A stretch of DNA of 64,000 nucleotides, taken from NCBI RefSeq assembly GCF_964204645.1, contig NC_134034.1:11854962-11918961 (forward strand), in the 5' to 3' direction. The stretch's first letter is position 1. Every line of letters starts with the position of its first letter. A program made the position numbers and the translations under genes. Positions 59,701-64,000 of the stretch are shown here, piece after piece. A model generated the notes under the pieces. That model was not told where the DNA came from and ran no database searches. It saw only the letters and a program-made list of their open reading frames with translations. The stretch comes from Tubulanus polymorphus (lineage: Eukaryota; Animalia; Nemertea).

Positions 59701-62700
59701 CGGCAGTCGGGGGGGGGGGATTGGTTGCGGGTGGAAAAGATTTACTGCATTTTAATTGCCGCACGTTTTAAAACAGGGGAATTCCCAATCAGTATTAATT
59801 AGTGCTTACCACGAGTGTATTTTTGAACAGGCCATATCCATTCAGTGAATTCCGAAATTCAGCGGGAAACTGAGGGCGAATATTTTATTTGTCTTCTCAT
59901 TGTCATTCAGTTCTAAGTGTATGACACTATGGTGAAGTAGCAAGGCTTTCGATTCCCCCAAAAAGAAAATTAATCTGAAATTTGGCGCAATTTTCTATTT
60001 TTCCACATCCTCTCAATACATTTCAAAGCAATTATCAGAATATTGACATCCACTCTCTGCTAAAGGCAGCAGATATTTTATAAGAGGCAGCTGATTCTCA
60101 GAGGGGTGGATGTAAAAATGAAGTAGCAAGGCTTTCGATCCCCCAAAAAGAAAATTTAGCTAACTTTTGGTGTAATCTTCTATTTTCCAAATTAGCTCAA
60201 TATATATTTCAAAACAATTATCAGCATTGATAGAATATTGGCATCCACTCTGGTCGGGACAGCAGATATTTCATAAAGGGTGGCTGATTTTCAGAGGGGT
60301 GGATGTGAAAATGAAAGGGGAAGCCATCCCTCTAAAACCCACCCTTGTAATTAGCTATTTCCAAAATCTTGATGTATTAAATTAGGCAGCCAGAAAAATT
60401 CACCCCAATCAGTCGCTTGCCGTTTCAGACTGCTTGGAAGATTGTTTAAATGAACCGGAACCGAATTTCCAATTATGTACTTCGATTTAAAAAAGAAAAT
60501 TCTGTAAATTAGACCGCCGAGCAAACAACTATATCTGTACTTCGATTTCCGATTTCAAAATCAAACCCCCTGTTTCACTCCCGGCAGGTGTGGTGGGTCT
60601 GTAAGGGACACTCAATCAAAAAATCTAACGAAATTTACAAACCAAATAAACAACAGGGACAATCCCTATTTTAAGATTTAAAAAAACCTGTCGCGGAGAA
60701 CAGTGATGTGCCTGGTTTCGTAGAGTTTAATATAAATTGCGTTGGGAAATCTGAGGTGGCACCCGACGTAAAAGTCATTAAGTGGTGCTCCAAGCAACTC
60801 GCTCGTAGCGCCGTGGTAACAGCTTGGACGAATCTCACACACTGTCCGAACAAGCATCTACTCAGAATGAAGGAGTATCTGATAGACGTTATTGTGGTGA
60901 GATAGGAATCTAGTCGAGGCCGGCCTCACGAGATCAAGTTATATACAGCCCTGTAGACGCATTGAACCAGCAAGGAGGAGTCCATGAAACCAGCCTGAGG
61001 AAGTCCATGAAACCAGCCCGAGGAAGTCCATGAAACCAGCCCGAGGAAGTCCATGAAACTGGCCTGAGGAAGTCCATGAAACCAGCCCGAGGAAGTCCAT
61101 GAAACCAGCCCGAGGAAGTCCATGAAACCGGCCATCAGGGGCGGATCTAAGGTCTGATTCAGGAGGGGTGTACCCCAAAAATAGGGCAAACAAAGAGCTG
61201 CTCGGATAAAAGCTCATTGGAAAACATTTTTCGAAATACAGGGAACAACCTTGTGAATCTAAACTTTTTTAGGTATCAGTTAGGTTATTTTAAGTTCATC
61301 AGTTCTAGGCTACACGGTCTATAAAAGAGATCAAGTGCAGACCTCTCTCTAAGTGTAATGTAGTAATGTATGCTTTTTTACCAGATGAACTAAAATAACA
61401 CATATATATATAGTGTGAGGTCAGAGTGACTTCCGCTTAGAGAGCTGACTATATACACCCCTATAAGAAGCAGCAGCAGCAGCAGCAGTGATGATGATGA
61501 TGCTGCTGCTGCTGCTGGTGATGAGATGCATAAAAAACAGCACTAAAACACTATTGTTTTGACATAGATAAGTCACAGTTAAATAGAAATAGAACCAACA
61601 GACGCAACTGAGCTGAAATAGATTACGTCTACACATGCACACATATCAGTCTGAACACAGTTCCACGGTGGAGAAGTAAACCACGACCGAGCATACAGTC
61701 CCAACACACAAAAAATAGACTGAAGACTCAGGTCATTGTAATGACCTCGCATTTGACGACTTATCAGTTATCGTAAACCTAGATTTTTGTCTCAAATAGG
61801 ACAATTTCGATCTGGCTAGAAACAAACAATAATCAGTTTTAAAGAGGATTTTCTGGTCCCCTGAAATTCCGTAATATTGCTATTGGAAACGAACTCTTCA
61901 TATCGACGCGTCTGAAAATTTCCGGTTCAACCGTCAAAATTCTTCCAATTCAAAATTCTTCATTTGTCTAACCCGGTGTTATTATTAATCCTACGCATTT
62001 TTAAATCTGTTTTTTATATTATGAAATGCGTCGTGAACGCCGAATAATAACAGGTTTACGCAGAGAAAAGAGATATTCAATTTTTCGTCTCTATTTTTTG
62101 TCGAGGCGAATACCAGCGAATTGCCACGGAAAAATTTTTGGAAATAACTCCATTGCAAATTAGAAAACCCGACAGACCTTCAATAAGCTGAACGTTTCGT
62201 GGCAATCAATCTGTAAACGCATTTTCTGAAAATCTAATAATATCAAATTTCTGTTCAATTCAGAGTGATTTTCACGGCAGGTTTAATCTTCCCGTTCGTC
62301 CTCACTGTCTGTATATTCGATATCAGTTATCGTACGTAGCTCGTGTTGTGCTTTTGTGATTTGTGAGGCGTATAATCATTAATGTATAGAATTTTATCCG
62401 AAATTTTACCGTTTAAAAAAAAAACCGCTGAATATCGTGTAAAATTGTGGAGTTGCTCATGACAAATCCATGGGGGGACTACCAATTGACCGGATTGAGA
62501 CATACAGAATTTCTATGAAATCAACATGGAGAGTCCCATAACTCAGCCTGAGGAGTCCCTCTTACTCGGCCTGAGGACTCCCTGAACTCAGACAGCCCGA
62601 GGAGTCCCTGAACTCGGCACAGAGAAGTCCATGAAACAGCCCGAAGAAGTCCATGAAACCAGCCCTGAGAGTCCAACCTGAAACCAGCCCCAATGAGTCA

Positions 62701-63765
62701 ATGAAATCAGCCCCATAGCAGTCCCTGAAATCAGCCCTGTAGTAGTCTATGAAACCAGGATTTAATCCGTGTAGGCTGAAATGGTCAAGTATTGAGGGTC
62801 TGGACTGACTACCCGGATTTAATCTGTGTAGGCTGGAATGGTCAAGTATTGAGGGTCTGGACTGACTGCCCGGATTTAATCTGTGTAGGCTGGAATGGTC
62901 CAGTATTGAGGGTCCGGACTGACTACCCGGATTTCCAATAAACGCATTTTCATCCTACCTGCATTGGACCCCAGAAGACGACTTGGACGATCGCTATGGT
63001 GACGACGCCGAACGAGAACCTGCGTTCGTTCTTGCGTTCACGCGTGCTGCTTCTAGCGGCGGCGTTCAACGATATTATAGTCCCGATAGTGAACACGATA
63101 ATCGACAGCAACGCGAGTTCGTTCAAAACAAGAATCAACACCAAACTGATACGACGCGCGCCGCCCGCCTGAAAGTTGTAGCTACAAACGCCGGAGCTCG
63201 GGTAGAGGGCGATACAACCGTACCGGGTGAACGGAATCGCCGAAACGATCGCTGCGACGACGAATATCAGTGCGAGAATCGCGCCCCAAACGCGCAAACG
63301 TTTTAAATGCATTTGAAACTCGAACGGTTTATACGTGGCGAGAAAACGGATCAACGCGAGAGACGATACGATCATCGCCGATAGCAACTGGAAGAAATTA
63401 CCGGTGAACGCCATCAGGTTACACGACGCGACGCCGCCCGACCAGACGCCGCCGATCTGCGCTTTAATCAACATCGGATAGACGAACAGCGCCTGCAGGA
63501 AATCCGACGTCGACAACGCGAGTAGGTAAAACGTCGAACCGTTGCGCGATTCTTTACGCGTGCAGATTATCTTCGTCAGGATGACGATCGACAGGAAGTT
63601 GCCGATCGTCGTGAATATTCCGACCGTCGACGACACGACGAACTGAGGTTTGTTGACGTCGATTTTCAGACTGAAGTTTATCGGCGCGCATTGTTCGTCG
63701 CCGGCGCCGAGGATGGCCGCCGATGAGTTAGCCCACGCGTCGGGCTCCGCCGGTGTCGCTTCCAT
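33711..63765 (-). CDS. Rhodopsin-like (class A) GPCR, prostanoid-receptor-like; two coding exons, 415 aa
   Basis: Exon 63765-62959 (TM1 to TM6, ending WGPMQ|gtagga) joins in phase 0 to exon 34151-33711 (ttttgtag|VWLPITL...VWNPIVF...CCVFC...stop). Has GN in TM1, LxxxD in TM2, IRF at the DRY site, an ECL2 Cys and NPxxF in TM7. Confidence 0.88.
34216..34575. repeat. 32-bp GC-rich tandem, about 11 units, near the GPCR exon 2 acceptor
   Basis: gggcaaattcccgggcagtcgcagcagggatg. Confidence 0.9.
35921..36052. mobile_element. MITE with TIR GGGCCGGTTGCA and probable CTG TSD, parent of the 47-bp minisatellite
   Basis: ctg|gggccggttgcatagt...actgtgcaactgggcc|ctg; internal ACTTAAGACCAGTCT direct repeats 47 bp apart. 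Confidence 0.75.
36537..36685. repeat. 47-bp MITE-derived tandem
   Basis: gcttagactggtcttaagttgttagattggttatagaacc. Confidence 0.8.
36965..37500. repeat. 39-bp MITE-derived minisatellite
   Basis: 13-aa periodicity in the overlapping ORFs. Confidence 0.9.
38160..38262. repeat. 25-bp tandem x4
   Basis: gtctagtctgaaataccggtctcaa. Confidence 0.85.
39925..40450. repeat. 39-bp MITE-derived minisatellite with a ~203-bp higher-order duplication
   Basis: Near-identical ORFs at 40010-40231 and 40213-40434. Confidence 0.9.
40800..41700. repeat. 43-bp minisatellite, about 20 units
   Basis: catacatacatgcccacgactacggttcatataaccatggttc. Confidence 0.95.
41987..42145. repeat. 25-bp tandem x6
   Basis: aaaccagccgcggtctctggtagag. 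Confidence 0.88.
42405..42660. repeat. 39-bp MITE-derived minisatellite (reverse orientation)
   Basis: ccagttccacagttgtgtgggtttaatttgtctctgaa. Confidence 0.88.
43977..44270. repeat. 39-bp MITE-derived minisatellite
   Basis: Same unit; preceded by the MITE core ttgaaaatgaacta. Confidence 0.88.
45082..45265 (+). mobile_element. Penelope-like fragment with a hammerhead variant and a 12-bp TSD
   Basis: CTGATGT-T-GGCTAAC(AGTT)GTTAGCC-GAAAC-GTC at 45122-45155; inverted arms ~45081-45113 and ~45196-45228; TSD atctcttgc(a/g)ta at 45070-45081 and 45266-45277. Confidence 0.7.
45700..45902. repeat. 16-bp tandem (ggttcagctaggcgtg)
   Basis: Direct inspection. Confidence 0.85.
46735..47000. repeat. 39-bp MITE-derived minisatellite (reverse orientation)
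   Basis: Same unit family. Confidence 0.88.
47430..47700 (+). repeat. Dispersed repeat (also at 34975-35250 and inverted at 59930-60340)
   Basis: Shared cccctctgaaaatc...gaccagagtggatg...aatattctatcaatgctgat. Confidence 0.75.
47739..47792. repeat. (TTA)n microsatellite
   Basis: Direct inspection. Confidence 0.95.
48002..48289 (+). mobile_element. piggyBac-type MITE, second copy
   Basis: TTAA TSD, TIR CCCTTTCAGTGC, near-identical to 7340-7620. Confidence 0.9.
48836..48950. mobile_element. Copy of the 114-bp MITE
   Basis: cagttccacagttctgagtt...cattgaaaatgaacta...aactcacaactg. Confidence 0.72.
49217..49392. repeat. GA-rich low-complexity tract
   Basis: Direct inspection. Confidence 0.85.
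49960..50001 (-). ncRNA. Minimal type I hammerhead ribozyme, inverted partner copy, sense to the GPCR pre-mRNA
   Basis: Reverse complement reads ACAC-CUGACGA-U-GAUCUC(UAGGGU)GAGAUC-GAAAC-GUC-GUGU. Confidence 0.8.
50061..50102 (+). ncRNA. Minimal type I hammerhead ribozyme (Penelope-like type), intact
   Basis: ACAC-CUGACGA-C-GAUCUC(UAGUGU)GAGAUC-GAAA-C-GUC|GUGU: stem I ACAC/GUGU, 6-bp stem II, loopless palindromic ACGU stem III, GUC cleavage triplet at 50096-50098. Confidence 0.8.
50900..51375. repeat. ~470-bp polypurine (G/A) tract
   Basis: Almost exclusively purines on the + strand. Confidence 0.9.
51700..52225. repeat. 21-bp minisatellite with quasi-palindromic unit
   Basis: tactgtacagagggt(a/t)accct; gives the 7-aa-periodic ORF 51688-52287. 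Confidence 0.92.
53265..54075. repeat. ~90-bp tandem, about 9 units
   Basis: gcagttctcttcaaaatagaaaactga...gacagtcttataga. Confidence 0.9.
54505..54940. repeat. 39-bp MITE-derived minisatellite (reverse orientation)
   Basis: Same unit family. Confidence 0.88.
55310..56520. repeat. 63-71-bp minisatellite with internal (CAGT)n and a 189-bp three-unit higher-order repeat
   Basis: The 63-aa period in ORF 55774-56547 reflects three 63-bp variants. Confidence 0.93.
56841..57266. mobile_element. Related MITE (TCATTTATTAYGTACG termini)
   Basis: Left ggtcatttattatgtacg, right gcgtacgtaataaatgaacgatccc. Confidence 0.55.
57670..58030. repeat. CTG/GTG trinucleotide-based low-complexity repeat
   Basis: Poly-L/V pseudo-ORF. 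Confidence 0.88.
59078..59365. repeat. 47-bp MITE-derived minisatellite x6
   Basis: Reverse complement of the 35948-36009 MITE interior. Confidence 0.9.
60975..61132. repeat. 23-bp tandem (gaggaagtccatgaaaccagccc); diverged relative at 62520-62757
   Basis: Direct inspection. Confidence 0.85.
62758..62935. repeat. 57-bp tandem x3 next to the GPCR exon 1 donor
   Basis: ggatttaatc at 62758, 62815 and 62872. Confidence 0.88.
62959..63765 (-). CDS. GPCR coding exon 1 (N-terminus to TM6)
   Basis: 271-aa ORF with six hydrophobic segments and NSS/NFS glycosylation sequons. An acceptor (cgacag) at 63794 implies an upstream non-coding exon outside the window. Confidence 0.93.
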
Positions 63766-64000
63766 CTTCCGAACCTTCGTCTCTCACTGCCGCCTGTCGA
63801 CGCGCGCGGTGCGAAAAAAAAGAAATTTTAAAAAGTTTTTAAAAAAATTTGGATCGAAATAACCGGAAATTGATTTAACAAAACTTAAGAATACTTTCTT
63901 ATTCTTAATACAGTTATTAATAGTAGTTTCAAATCGTTTAGAACCATCAATTGTCCAATTTATAAGCCTATCACCCAGCTTATTGGACTGCAGACTGGGG

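Noticed and set aside
60975-61132. 23-bp repeat containing CTGAGGA...GAAAC, resembling a hammerhead core
   Set aside because: No stem II pairing, no NUH triplet or stem I, and most units read CCGAGGA.
1-64000. Autonomous transposase or reverse transcriptase
   Set aside because: No ORF with DDE, RT or GIY-YIG motifs is visible; all mobile elements here appear non-autonomous.

Overview
AT-rich, repeat-dense eukaryotic genomic DNA, probably from an invertebrate animal (GT-AG introns; taxon not determinable here). Three protein-coding genes are supported, all on the minus strand. (1) The 5' part of a secreted Cys-containing protein gene running off the left edge, with a TATA/CCAAT promoter. (2) A complete ATG9A-like gene: 19 coding exons at 21633-8758, 825 aa by my exon assembly, with CLEAR-type E-boxes upstream. 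(3) A class A GPCR with prostanoid-receptor-like architecture, whose two coding exons (63765-62959 and 34151-33711) are split in TM6 by a 28.8-kb intron. Most other ORFs in the track are translations of tandem repeats. Two patterns stand out in the non-coding DNA. First, short non-coding fold-back insertions carry minimal type I hammerhead ribozyme motifs typical of Penelope-like elements, including an intact inverted pair at 49960-50102 with a 14-bp TSD and a matching empty site at 60526. Second, several MITE families have seeded dispersed minisatellite arrays whose unit length matches the spacing of short direct repeats inside the parent MITE. All calls come from reading the sequence; no searches or folding were run.
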